This document shows, one piece after another, positions 1-10,146 of a stretch of DNA of 32,000 nt. The notes below the pieces were generated by a model, which made no database searches, was not told where the DNA came from, and saw only the letters and a list, made by a program, of their open reading frames with translations. The translations under genes and the position numbers were made by a program. Position 1 is the stretch's first letter; the number at the start of each line of letters is the position of its first letter. The stretch is taken from the NCBI RefSeq assembly GCF_001457595.1, contig NZ_LN831039.1, forward strand, positions 5,010,001 through 5,042,000, given 5' to 3'. This stretch comes from Mycolicibacterium smegmatis. GTDB lineage: Bacteria > Actinomycetota > Actinomycetes > Mycobacteriales > Mycobacteriaceae.

Positions 1-834
1 GAGCACGCCGCCGTCGCCGCGGCCCGCGCGGCGTATCTGGCGGGCTTCGCCGGATCGTCGAACCTTGAGGCCCAGCGCCGCTACGGCGTGCCCGCGCTGG
101 GCACCGCCGCGCACGCCTACACGTTGCTGCACACCACCGCCTCGGGCCCCGACGAGCAGGCCGCGTTCCGCGGCCAGGTCGCCGCGCTCGGCACCGACAC
201 CACGCTGCTGGTCGACACCTACGACATCACCGCAGGCGTCGCCAACGCGATCGCCGCGGCAGGCCCGAAGCTCGGCGCGGTGCGGATCGACTCGGGCGAT
301 CTGGGGGTGCTGGCACGGCAGGTGCGTGCCCAGCTGGACGATCTGGGTGCCACCGAGACGAAGATCGTGGTGTCCGGTGACCTCGACGAGTACGCGATCG
401 CGGCGCTGCGCGCCGAACCCGTCGACAGCTACGGCGTGGGCACGTCTGTGGTCACCGGTTCCGGCGCCCCGACCGCGAGCATGGTCTACAAGCTGGTCGA
501 GGTCGACGGCATGCCGGTGGCCAAACGCAGCAGCAGCAAGGAATCCCACGGCGGCCGCAAGGAGGCGCTGCGGGTCGCGAAGGCCTCCGGCACCATCGTC
601 GAAGAGGTGGTGTACCCGTACGGCAAACCGCCGCAGATCGAATCCCCGCTCACCGCAAGGAAGCTCACCGTGCCGCTGGTGGCGGGCGGCAAACCCGTCG
701 AGGGGTACTCCGACGACCTGTCCGCTGCGCGCGAGCGCGTCCGCGCCGGGCTGCACAGCCTGCCGTGGGACGGCCTCAAGCTGTCCCGCGGCGAACCGGC
801 GATCCCGACGCGGATGACCGCGGACGAGCGTTAG
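1..834 (+). CDS. pncB: Nicotinate phosphoribosyltransferase, C-terminal part (5' end outside window)
   Basis: Frame 1 is open from base 1 (EHAAVAAARAAYLAGFAGSSNLEAQRRYGVPALGTAAHAY...VRIDSGDLGVLARQVRAQLDDLG...IVVSGDLDEY...DSYGVGTSVVTG); the RIDSGDL, SGDLDE and GVGT motifs fit NAPRTase. Stop TAG at 832-834. Confidence 0.95.
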   Translation, partial: EHAAVAAARAAYLAGFAGSSNLEAQRRYGVPALGTAAHAYTLLHTTASGPDEQAAFRGQVAALGTDTTLLVDTYDITAGVANAIAAAGPKLGAVRIDSGDLGVLARQVRAQLDDLGATETKIVVSGDLDEYAIAALRAEPVDSYGVGTSVVTGSGAPTASMVYKLVEVDGMPVAKRSSSKESHGGRKEALRVAKASGTIVEEVVYPYGKPPQIESPLTARKLTVPLVAGGKPVEGYSDDLSAARERVRAGLHSLPWDGLKLSRGEPAIPTRMTADER

Positions 835-837
835 GAG

Positions 838-2892
838 TTGGCCACGTCCGCCCCCGCTCACATCAATCTGGTCACCAAGCTGCTCAACGTCGCCGTCGAA
901 GGCCTGGGCGGCGCCACCCGCCCGGGCCAGGTCCGCATGGCCCAGGCCGTCGCCGACGCGTTCGAGACCGGCGAGCACCTGGCCGTGCAGGCAGGCACCG
1001 GCACGGGCAAGTCGCTGGCCTACCTCGTGCCGTCGATCGCCCGGGCGATGGAGACCGAGCAGACCGTCGTGGTGTCGACGGCGACCATCGCGCTGCAACG
1101 CCAGCTCGTCGACCGCGACCTGCCGCGGCTGGCGGACTCGCTGACCGACGTGCTGCCCCGCCGCCCGCGTTTCGCGCTGCTCAAGGGACGCGGAAATTAC
1201 CTGTGCCTCAACAAGATTCACAACGGCGCGGCGGCCGAACCGGACGACCGGCCACAGGACGAACTGTTCAACCCCGTCGCGATGACGGCGCTGGGCCGTG
1301 ACGTCCAGCGGCTCATCGAATGGTCGTCGGACACCGAGACCGGTGACCGCGACGAGCTCACGCCCGGTGTGCCCGACCGGTCGTGGAGCCAGGTCAGCGT
1401 GTCGGCCCGCGAATGCATCGGGGTGTCGCGGTGCCCGTTCGGCACCGACTGCTTCGCCGAGCGCGCCCGCGACAAGGCGGGCAACGCCGACATCGTGGTG
1501 ACCAACCACGCGCTGCTGGCGATCGACGCGCTGTCGGACTATTCCGTGCTGCCCGAGTACGAGCTGCTGGTGGTCGACGAGGCGCACGAGCTGGCCGACC
1601 GGGTGACCGGTGTGGCGACCGGCGAGCTGTCCCCCACGTCGATGGGTGTGGCCCACCGGCGCGCGGCCCGGCTGGTCGACGCCGAACTCGCCGAACGTCT
1701 CGAGGCGTCGATCGCGACCCTGTCGTCGATGGTCTACGACGTCCCGGCGGGCCGCCTCGATGTGCTCGACGAGGAACTCGCGACGTATCTGACCGCCGTG
1801 CGCGACTCCGCCAACACCGTGCGCATGGCCATCGACACCACGCCGAGCGACCCGCAGGCCGCCGCGGCGCGCACCGAGGCCGTGACCGCGCTCAACGAGG
1901 TCGCCGACACCGCCACCCGGATCCTCACGTCGTTCGTGCCGCCCATCCCCGACCGTGTCGACGTGGTGTGGCTCGAGCACGACGAAGGGCCGCCACGCGC
2001 GGGCGGGGCCGCGGTGCGGTCGGTGCTGCGCGTCGCCCCGATGTCGGTGTCGGGGCTGCTGCGTACGCGGCTGTTCGCGCACACCACGGCCGTACTGACC
2101 TCGGCCACACTGTGTCTCGGCGGCAACTTCGACGCCATGGCCCGCAACTGGGGGCTGGCGGCCCGCGCCGACGACGAGGACAGCGGCGAGAAACCCGCAG
2201 GCAAGGCCAAGTCCGCCAAGCCGGGGTGGCACGGCATCGACGTCGGCTCTCCGTTCGAACACGCCAAGTCGGCGATCCTCTACGTCGCCAAGCACCTGCC
2301 CGCGCCGGGACGCGAGGGCACCAGCCCGGCCGCGCTCGACGAGATCGAGGCACTCGTCACCGCCGCGGGCGGACGCACGCTGGGGCTGTTCTCGTCGATG
2401 CGCGCGGCCAAGGCCGCCGCCGAGGTGATGCGCGAGCGGCTCGACACGCCCGTGCTGTGCCAGGGTGAGGACACCACGTCTGCTCTCGTACAACAGTTTT
2501 CCGCCGATCCGCAGACATCGCTGTTCGGCACGTTGTCGCTGTGGCAGGGCGTCGACGTCCCGGGACCGTCGCTGCAGTTGGTGATCATCGACCGCATCCC
2601 GTTCCCACGGCCCGACGACCCACTGCTCACGGCGCGCCAGCGGGCCATCACCGCGCACGGCGGCAACGGGTTCATGGCCGTGGCGGCCAACCATGCCGCG
2701 CTGTTGCTCGCCCAGGGCGCGGGCCGGTTGCTGCGCCACACCGACGACCGAGGCGTGGTCGCGGTGCTCGATTCACGCCTGGCGACCGCGCGCTACGGCG
2801 GTTATCTGCGGGCCTCGCTGCCGCCGTTCTGGGCCACGACCGACCCCGAGCGGGTCCGCCAGGCGCTGCGGAGATTACGCGGCGCACGCTGA
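838..2892 (+). CDS. dinG: ATP-dependent DNA helicase, DinG/XPD-like superfamily 2
   Basis: 684 aa from TTG; Walker A-like QAGTGTGKSLAYLVP, DEAH box (VVDEAHELADR), cysteines LCLN...ECIGVSRCPFGTDCF fitting an Fe-S cluster domain, C-terminal motif QGAGRLLR. Starts immediately after the pncB stop (TAGGAGTTG). Confidence 0.9.
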   Translation: MATSAPAHINLVTKLLNVAVEGLGGATRPGQVRMAQAVADAFETGEHLAVQAGTGTGKSLAYLVPSIARAMETEQTVVVSTATIALQRQLVDRDLPRLADSLTDVLPRRPRFALLKGRGNYLCLNKIHNGAAAEPDDRPQDELFNPVAMTALGRDVQRLIEWSSDTETGDRDELTPGVPDRSWSQVSVSARECIGVSRCPFGTDCFAERARDKAGNADIVVTNHALLAIDALSDYSVLPEYELLVVDEAHELADRVTGVATGELSPTSMGVAHRRAARLVDAELAERLEASIATLSSMVYDVPAGRLDVLDEELATYLTAVRDSANTVRMAIDTTPSDPQAAAARTEAVTALNEVADTATRILTSFVPPIPDRVDVVWLEHDEGPPRAGGAAVRSVLRVAPMSVSGLLRTRLFAHTTAVLTSATLCLGGNFDAMARNWGLAARADDEDSGEKPAGKAKSAKPGWHGIDVGSPFEHAKSAILYVAKHLPAPGREGTSPAALDEIEALVTAAGGRTLGLFSSMRAAKAAAEVMRERLDTPVLCQGEDTTSALVQQFSADPQTSLFGTLSLWQGVDVPGPSLQLVIIDRIPFPRPDDPLLTARQRAITAHGGNGFMAVAANHAALLLAQGAGRLLRHTDDRGVVAVLDSRLATARYGGYLRASLPPFWATTDPERVRQALRRLRGAR

Positions 2893-2983
2893 TTGCGCGC
2901 TGGGAGCAGCGACAGTTCACTATCCTGGCTGCAGTCAAGGCGCGCCATCTGGCCGCTCACGAGTGCACCGGAAGGCGCCACGT

Positions 2984-4426
2984 ATGAGCCGACGTCACCT
3001 GCTCGGTGCGGTGATCGCAACCTGTGTCGTGGTGCCGCTCGCCGCGTGCTCGACGATCGTCGAGGGCAGCGCGGTGTCGGTGTTCGCCGACCCGTTCTCG
3101 GTTGCCGGCATGCCCGCCACCGACGGCCCCAGCGGTTTGCGGCCCGACGCGGCCGCACCGACGCGCGAGGTCACCGACTCCGACGGCGGCAAGATCGACG
3201 AACTGGCGGCGAGCGCGGTCAGCGACATCGAAGAGTTCTGGTCGGCGACCTACGGCGAGGTGTTCGAGGGTGATTTCACACCGGTGCGGGAGCTGATCTC
3301 CTGGGACTCCGAGAGTTTCGACGGGGAGTTCTGCGGGCTGAACACCTTCGCGCTGGTCAACGCCGCGTACTGCAAACCGGACCGCACGATCGGCTGGGAC
3401 CGCGGTGTGCTGCTGCCGTCGCTGCGCAAGCAGAACGGCGACATGGGCGTGGTGATGGTGCTCGCCCACGAATACGGCCACGCGATCCAGCAGCAGGCCA
3501 AGCTCGTTCGCCGTAACACCCCGACCCTGGTGTCCGAGCAGCAGGCCGACTGCCTGGCCGGGACGTACATGCGCTGGGTCGCCGAGGGCAATTCCCCGCG
3601 TTTCACGCTCGGCACCGGCGACGGCCTGAACAGTCTGCTGGCGGCGGTGATCGCGTTCCGCGATCCGCTGCTCACCGAGAGCGATATGTACCTCGGCGTG
3701 GACGAGCACGGTTCGGCGTTCGAGCGGGTCTCGGCGTTCCAGTTCGGCTTCACCGACGGTGCCGCGGCGTGCAAGGCAATCGACGTCAAGGAGATCAGCC
3801 AGCGCCGCGGTGACCTCCCGGTGCTGCTGCCCGAGGACCAGACCGGCGAACTGCCCATCACCGAGGAATCGGTGCGCGCCATGGTCGACGCGCTCAACGT
3901 CGTGTTCAAGCCGAAGAACCCGCCGCGCTTGAGCTTTGCCGCCCGCGACGCCGACGACTGTCCGGACGCTCGGCCGAGCCCGCCCACGTCGTACTGCCCC
4001 GCCACCAACACGATCGTCGTCGACCTCGACGAGTTGGAGACCGTCGGGTTCAAACCCGTGGACGGTCAGGTGGGTGCCCTGGCGCTCGGGGACAACAGCG
4101 CCTACTCACTGCTGATCTCGCGGTACATGGTGGCGCGGCAGCACGAGCGCGGACTGGTGCTCGACAACGCGCAGGCCGCCCTGCGCACGGCATGTCTGAC
4201 GGGCGTGGCCACCGCCAAGCTCAGTCAGCCGGTGACCACACCGGACGGCAACACCATCGTGCTGACGGCAGGCGATGTCGACGAGGCGGTGTCGGGCATC
4301 CTCACCACCGGGCTGGTGGCCGGCGATGTGAACGGCGATTCGGTGCCGTCGGGGTTCTCGCGCATCGACGCGTTCCGCGTGGGCATCCTGGGCGACGAGG
4401 CCCGCTGCCTCAAACGGTTCTCCTGA
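2984..4426 (+). CDS. Putative secreted lipoprotein with neutral zinc metallopeptidase domain
   Basis: Start chosen at ATG 2984 (MSRRHLLGAVIATCVVVPLAACSTIVEG) because it gives a signal peptide plus lipobox LAAC; HExxH in LAHEYGHAIQQQ and downstream EQQADCLAG. The listed ORF start at 2693 lies inside dinG. Confidence 0.85.
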   Translation: MSRRHLLGAVIATCVVVPLAACSTIVEGSAVSVFADPFSVAGMPATDGPSGLRPDAAAPTREVTDSDGGKIDELAASAVSDIEEFWSATYGEVFEGDFTPVRELISWDSESFDGEFCGLNTFALVNAAYCKPDRTIGWDRGVLLPSLRKQNGDMGVVMVLAHEYGHAIQQQAKLVRRNTPTLVSEQQADCLAGTYMRWVAEGNSPRFTLGTGDGLNSLLAAVIAFRDPLLTESDMYLGVDEHGSAFERVSAFQFGFTDGAAACKAIDVKEISQRRGDLPVLLPEDQTGELPITEESVRAMVDALNVVFKPKNPPRLSFAARDADDCPDARPSPPTSYCPATNTIVVDLDELETVGFKPVDGQVGALALGDNSAYSLLISRYMVARQHERGLVLDNAQAALRTACLTGVATAKLSQPVTTPDGNTIVLTAGDVDEAVSGILTTGLVAGDVNGDSVPSGFSRIDAFRVGILGDEARCLKRFS

Positions 4427-4443
4427 CGGTCAGTTCGGCACGC

Positions 4444-5292
4444 TCAGTTCGGCATCCGCAGGACGAAGCCGCATTCCAGCGCCACCCAGGCCGCGCCGTC
4501 TGGCCCGATCGCGAGGCCGTGCGGTTCGCTGCCCGACGGCAGGTCGATCGTCACCACCTCACCGTCTCCGCTGACCCGGGCCAGCTGGTCGGCGCCCCAC
4601 AGGCTCACCCACACGCCGTCGTCCGGATCGGCGACGACCGCGTGCGGCTTGCCCGGCAGTTCGAGTTCCTGGATCGCCTCGTCGAGCGGGATACGCCCGA
4701 GTTGGTCGGCGCCGATCTCGGTGAACCACACCGCGTCGTCGTGCGTCGCGGTGATGCCCACGGGACCCGCTGCGGGCGTGGGCAGTTCGCGCACCGTCAG
4801 GGTTCCGTCGGTCTCCAGCCTGCCGATCGCGTTGCCCTGGTTGATCGTGAACCACATGGCCCCGTCGGGGCCCGCGGTGATCATCGACGGCATGCCGCCG
4901 ACCACGGCCACACTGGTCACCTCGCCGTCGGTGCTGATCCGGCACACCTCGCCCGAGGTCATCGCGGTGAACCACAGCGCGTCGTCGGGGCCCGCGGCGA
5001 TGCCGAACGGCGCGCTGCCCTCGGCCAATTCGAATTCAGCAAGCTCACCGTCGACGGTGATCCGGCCGATCCGGTCGTCGCCTGCGCGCGTGAACCACAT
5101 CGCGCCGTCTGGGCCTGCCGCGATGATCGACGGGCGTGCCTGCGGCGCAACCGGATACACCGCGACCTCGCCGGTTTCGGTGACGCGCGCGATCTCGCCG
5201 CTGTGCGCCAGCGTCACCCACATCGCCCCGTCGGGACCCGCCGCGAGCGCGTAGGGCCCGCCGTCGAGCCCCACCTTGAGCGCCTTGCTCAC
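4444..5292 (-). CDS. Streptogramin (virginiamycin B) lyase-like beta-propeller protein
   Basis: 282 aa with repeated GPDGAMWFT-type blades (GPDGAMWVT, GPDGAMWFT, GPDDALWFT, HDDAVWFT). GTG start overlaps the glgP TGA stop by 4 nt. Confidence 0.85.
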   Translation of the reverse strand: MSKALKVGLDGGPYALAAGPDGAMWVTLAHSGEIARVTETGEVAVYPVAPQARPSIIAAGPDGAMWFTRAGDDRIGRITVDGELAEFELAEGSAPFGIAAGPDDALWFTAMTSGEVCRISTDGEVTSVAVVGGMPSMITAGPDGAMWFTINQGNAIGRLETDGTLTVRELPTPAAGPVGITATHDDAVWFTEIGADQLGRIPLDEAIQELELPGKPHAVVADPDDGVWVSLWGADQLARVSGDGEVVTIDLPSGSEPHGLAIGPDGAAWVALECGFVLRMPN

Positions 5293-7889
5293 GCCAGCGT
5301 CACCAGTCCCAGCTCGTTGTCACCGGCCAGCAGCCGGTGGTGCGGCAGCACGCGCACGGTGTAGCCGACGGGGCCGGCCACGGGCAGCGGCGTGCAGGCC
5401 GAGAACACGTCGGTCCCATTGCCGTCCGGGCCCTTGTGGGCCATGGGCACCTTCACCGGGTCCACGATCGCGTCGGTGTCGTCGACGCGGCCCAGCACGG
5501 CCTGCACCACCACCTCGTCCGGTCGCAGGCCCGCGAGCTGCACGGTGGCGGTCAGGGTCAGCTCGCAGCCGAGCAGCGGGGTGTCGGGCAGCCCGTAGCT
5601 GTCGACGTCGGTGATCTGGACCTTGGGCCACGCCTCCTCGACGCGCTTGCGGAACTCAGCGAGTTCGCGTGCGGCGCCGAACGGTTCACCCGAGGCGGCC
5701 TCGACGGTCCTGCGCAACGATTCCGCTGCGGGCAGGTAGTACTTCTCGGTGTAGTCGCGCACCATGCGCGACGCGAGCACCTTGGGCCCGAGCACCTGCA
5801 GGGTGTGGCGCACCATCTCGACCCAGCGGGTCGGCACACCGTGCTCGTCGCGTTCGTAGAACTTGGGTGCGACGGCGTTCTCCAGCAGGTCGTAGAGCGC
5901 AGCTGCCTCCAGGTCGTCGCGGCGGGCGTCGTCGAGTCCGTCGGCGGTGGGGATCTCCCACCCGTTCTCGCCGTCGAACCACTCGTCCCACCAGCCGTCG
6001 CGGATCGACAGGTTGAGCCCGCCGTTGAGCGCGCTCTTCATGCCCGACGTACCGCACGCCTCGAGCGGGCGCAGCGGGTTGTTGAGCCACACGTCGCAGC
6101 CCCAGTACAGAAGCCGCGCCATCGACATGTCGTAGTCAGGCAGGAACGCGATGCGGTGGCGCACCTCGGGCCGGTCGGCGAACCGCACCACCTGCTGGAT
6201 CAGCGCCTTACCACCGTCGTCGGCCGGGTGCGACTTGCCCGCCACGATCAACTGCACCGGACGGTCGGGGTCGAGCAGCAGCCTCTCCAAGCGCTCGGGG
6301 TCGCGCAGCATGAGCGTGAGCCGCTTGTAGGTCGGGACACGCCGCGCGAACCCGATGGTCAGCACCGAAGGGTCGAACGCCGTTGCGATCCAACCCAGTT
6401 CGGCCTCGGCGGCACCGCGCTCGAGGCAGGACCGACGCAGCCGGGCGCGCACGTCGGCGATCAGCGTCTCGCGCAGCTGCGAGCGGATCCACCACAGATG
6501 GCCGGGCTCGACCTGCTGCAGGCGTTCCCACACCTCGGACTCCAGGGCCGATTCGGCGAGTTCGCCACCGATCAGTTCGCGGCCCAGCCGCAGCCACTGC
6601 GGTGCGGCCCACGTGGGCGCGTGCACGCCGTTGGTGATCGAGCCGATCGGCACCTCGTCGGCGTCGAACCCCGGCCACAGCTCGTTGAACATCGACCGGC
6701 TGACCCGGCCGTGCAGCAGCGACACACCGTTGGCGCGCTGCGCGAGCCGCAGCCCCATGTGCGCCATGTTGAACTTCGACGGATCGTCCTCGGCGCCGAA
6801 CGCGATCACGCGGTCCAGCGGTACGCCGGGCAGCAACCGGGAATCGGCGGGCCCGCCCGGCGGGCTGCCGAAGTAGCGCTTGACCATGTCGACCGGGAAC
6901 CGGTCGATGCCCGCGGGCACCGGCGTGTGCGTCGTGAACACCGTCGAGGACCGCACGACCGCGAGCGCGGTGTCGAAATCCAGCCCGGCGGCCACGAGTT
7001 CACGGATGCGCTCGGCGCCCAGGAACCCGGCGTGCCCCTCGTTCATGTGGAACACCTCGGGCGCGGGCAGGCCCTCGATCTCGGTGAACGCGCGGATCGC
7101 CCGGACCCCGCCGATACCGGCGAGGATCTCCTGCTTGATGCGGTGCTCCTGGTCACCGCCGTACAGGCGGTCGGTGGTGCCACGCAGATCGTGCTCGTTC
7201 TCGGGGATGTCGGAATCGAGCAGCAGCAACGGAATCCGGCCCACCTGCGCGATCCACACCCGCGCGCGCAGATCGCGGCCCTCGGGCAGGGCGAGCTCGA
7301 TGAGCACCGGGTCGCCGTCGGCGGCGGTCAGCAGCCGCAGCGGCAGGCCCTGCGGATCCAGCGACGGGTAGTTCTCGTGCTGCCAGCCGTCGGCGGTCAG
7401 CGACTGCCGGAAGTAGCCGGACCGGTAGTACAGGCCCACCGCGATCAACGGCAGGCCCAGATCCGATGCGGACTTGAGGTGGTCACCGGCCAGGATGCCG
7501 AGGCCACCGGAGTAGTTCGGCAGCACGCTCGCGACGCCGAATTCCATCGAGAAGTACGCGATGCCCTTGGGCATGGCCACGCCGGTGTCGAGCTGCTGCT
7601 GGTACCACAGCGGGCGGGTGAGGTAGTTGTCCAGATCGGCGGCCAGCTCGTCGAGCCGGTCCAGGAACGAGTGGTCGGCCGCGAGCTCGTCGAGCCGCTT
7701 GGGGCTGACCGATCCGAGCAGTGCGACCGGATCCCCGTCGTTGCGCGCCCACTGTTCCGGATCGATCGTCGCAAACAGATCCTGGGTCGGTTTGTGCCAC
7801 GACCAGCGGAGGTTGATCGACAGGCGCTCAAGGGCTGCCAGCCGCTCCGGGAGATGCGTGCGGACGGTGAACCTGCGAAGGGCTTTCAC
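5289..7889 (-). CDS. glgP: Alpha-glucan (glycogen/maltodextrin) phosphorylase
   Basis: MKALRRFTVRTHLPERLAALERLSINLRWSWHKPTQDLF...YFSMEFGVASVLPNYSGGLGILAGDHLKSASDLG...FTTHTPVPAG...NPLRPLEACGTSGMKSALNGGLNLSIRDGWWDE. Start set at GTG 7889 rather than 7919. Confidence 0.93.
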   Translation of the reverse strand: MKALRRFTVRTHLPERLAALERLSINLRWSWHKPTQDLFATIDPEQWARNDGDPVALLGSVSPKRLDELAADHSFLDRLDELAADLDNYLTRPLWYQQQLDTGVAMPKGIAYFSMEFGVASVLPNYSGGLGILAGDHLKSASDLGLPLIAVGLYYRSGYFRQSLTADGWQHENYPSLDPQGLPLRLLTAADGDPVLIELALPEGRDLRARVWIAQVGRIPLLLLDSDIPENEHDLRGTTDRLYGGDQEHRIKQEILAGIGGVRAIRAFTEIEGLPAPEVFHMNEGHAGFLGAERIRELVAAGLDFDTALAVVRSSTVFTTHTPVPAGIDRFPVDMVKRYFGSPPGGPADSRLLPGVPLDRVIAFGAEDDPSKFNMAHMGLRLAQRANGVSLLHGRVSRSMFNELWPGFDADEVPIGSITNGVHAPTWAAPQWLRLGRELIGGELAESALESEVWERLQQVEPGHLWWIRSQLRETLIADVRARLRRSCLERGAAEAELGWIATAFDPSVLTIGFARRVPTYKRLTLMLRDPERLERLLLDPDRPVQLIVAGKSHPADDGGKALIQQVVRFADRPEVRHRIAFLPDYDMSMARLLYWGCDVWLNNPLRPLEACGTSGMKSALNGGLNLSIRDGWWDEWFDGENGWEIPTADGLDDARRDDLEAAALYDLLENAVAPKFYERDEHGVPTRWVEMVRHTLQVLGPKVLASRMVRDYTEKYYLPAAESLRRTVEAASGEPFGAARELAEFRKRVEEAWPKVQITDVDSYGLPDTPLLGCELTLTATVQLAGLRPDEVVVQAVLGRVDDTDAIVDPVKVPMAHKGPDGNGTDVFSACTPLPVAGPVGYTVRVLPHHRLLAGDNELGLVTLA

Positions 7890-8045
7890 GCGACACAACC
7901 TTACTGACAAATCCCGCATCCGCAGAGAACGCGACCGCCACGAGCTCCGGCTTCACCCACGCGTGATTGGCCAGGACACTACGGTGGGTATGAGACGCGA
8001 CAAGGCGGTGAACTTCCAAGAGCGGTCGGGCGAGACCGCGACGAC

Positions 8046-10139
8046 GTGAGGAGTGGTTGGGTGGCCGGTCGTATCGGAATCGACGACGTCGCACCTGTGG
8101 TGTCGTGCGGGCGTTACCCCGCCAAAGCCGTCGTCGGTGAGGTCGTGCCGGTGCGCGCCACGGTGTGGCGCGAGGGGCACGACGCGGTCTCGGCAACCCT
8201 GGTGGTGCGCTACCTGGGCACCGAGTTCCCGCGCCTGGCCTCCGGCCCGGGCACGACGCCTCCCGCGGTTCCGCTGGGCACCGTGGTCCAGCCCGGCAAA
8301 CGGGTCAAACCACAGATCCTGCAGATGTCGAAGGGGCGCACGCCTGATGTGTTCCACGGCGAGTTCACCCCCGACGCCGTCGGGTTGTGGACCTTCCGGG
8401 TGGACGGCTGGGGCGATCCCATCGCGACGTGGCGCCATGCCGTGGAGGCCAAGCTCGAGGCCGGCCAGAGCGAGACCGAGCTGAACAACGATCTGCTGGT
8501 GGGCGCGCGTCTGCTGATGCGCGCGGCCGAGGGCGTGCCGCGCAAACTGCGCGACCCCCTGCTGGAGGCCGCGCAGCAGTTGCGCACCCCCGGGGACCCC
8601 TACCAGCGGGCCGGTGGGGCACTGTCGCCCGAGGTCGCCGACCTGCTGCTGCAGTACCCGCTGCGTGAGTTCGTCACGCGCGGCGAGGTGCACGGCGTGT
8701 GGGTGGACCGTCCGCTCGCGCGGTTCAGTTCGTGGTACGAGATGTTCCCGCGTTCGACCGGCGGGTGGGACGAGAACGGCCACCCCGTGCACGGCACGTT
8801 CGCGACCGCTGCCGCGGCGCTCCCCCGCATCGCCCGTATGGGTTTCAACGTCGTCTACCTGCCGCCCATCCACCCCATCGGCAAGGTGCACCGCAAGGGC
8901 CGCAACAACTCGGTGACGGCCGCGCCCGGCGACGTCGGGTCGCCGTGGGCGATCGGCAGCGACGAGGGCGGTCACGACGCCGTGCACCCCGACCTGGGCA
9001 CGATCGACGATTTCGACGCGTTCGTGGCGGCCGCGCGCGACGCCGGGCTCGAGGTGGCACTGGACCTCGCGCTGCAGTGCGCGCCGGATCATCCGTGGGC
9101 CAAGGAGCATCCCGAGTGGTTCACGGTGCTGCCCGACGGCACCATCGCCTACGCCGAGAACCCGCCCAAGAAGTACCAGGACATCTATCCGCTGAACTTC
9201 GACAACGACCCCGACGGTCTGTTCCACGAGGTGCTGCGGGTGGTCAAGTTCTGGATCTCCCACGGGGTCAAGGTGTTCCGCGTCGACAATCCGCACACCA
9301 AGCCGCCGAACTTCTGGGCGTGGCTGATCGCCGAGGTCAAGAACGAAGACCCTGACATCCTGTTCCTGTCCGAGGCGTTCACACGGCCCGCGCGGTTGTA
9401 CGGCTTGGCGAAACTCGGCTTCACGCAGTCCTATACGTACTTCACGTGGCGCACCGCCAAGTGGGAGCTCACCGAGTTCGGCGAGGAGATCGCCAAGTAC
9501 GCCGACCACGCACGCCCCAACCTGTGGGTCAACACCCCCGACATCCTGCACGAGTCGCTGCAGCACGGCGGGCCGGGCATGTTCGCGATCCGCGCTGTGC
9601 TCGCGTCGACCATGAGCTCGTCGTGGGGCGTGTACTCCGGCTACGAACTGTTCGAGCACCGGTCCGTGCGCGAGGGCAGCGAGGAGTACCTGGATTCGGA
9701 GAAGTACGAACTGCGGCCGCGCGACTTCGACGGCGCGCTCGCCAGAGGCGAATCCCTTGAGCCGTTCCTCACCCGGCTCAACGAGATCCGGCGGCTGCAC
9801 CCCGCGCTGCGCCAGTTGCGCACCATCAAGTTCCACCACCTCGACAACGACGCGCTGCTGGCCTACAGCAAGTTCGACCCGGTCACCGGTGACACCGTGC
9901 TGGTGGTTGTGACGCTCAACCCGTTCGGGCCCGAGGAGTCCACTTTGTGGTTGGACATGGAGGCACTGGGTATGGAGCCCTATGACCGGTTCTGGGTCCG
10001 CGACGAGATCACGGGTGAGGAATATCAGTGGGGACAGTCCAATTACGTGCGCATCGAACCCGCCAAGGCGGTGGCGCATGTGCTGAACATGCCACTCATA
10101 CCGTACGAGAAACGACTCGACTTGCTACGCAGGGAATGA
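8046..10139 (+). CDS. glgE: Alpha-1,4-glucan:maltose-1-phosphate maltosyltransferase (GH13)
   Basis: 697 aa: [25 protein letters not shown]...[20 protein letters not shown]...[14 protein letters not shown]...FLSEAFTRP. Start GTG 8046 or GTG 8061. Confidence 0.95.
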
Positions 10140-10146
10140 GGGCGAG

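Noticed and set aside
2693-2983. N-terminal extension of the metallopeptidase ORF starting inside dinG
   Set aside because: Translation in dinG's alternate frame; the internal ATG 2984 gives a proper lipoprotein signal peptide.
5337-7907. 856-aa plus-strand ORF covering nearly all of glgP antisense
   Set aside because: Low-complexity His/Arg/Val/Gly-rich translation with no recognisable domain; the minus frame is unambiguous glgP. A known effect of GC-rich codon usage.
7953-10079. 708-aa minus-strand ORF antisense to glgE
   Set aside because: Same artefact; glgE homology is on the plus strand.
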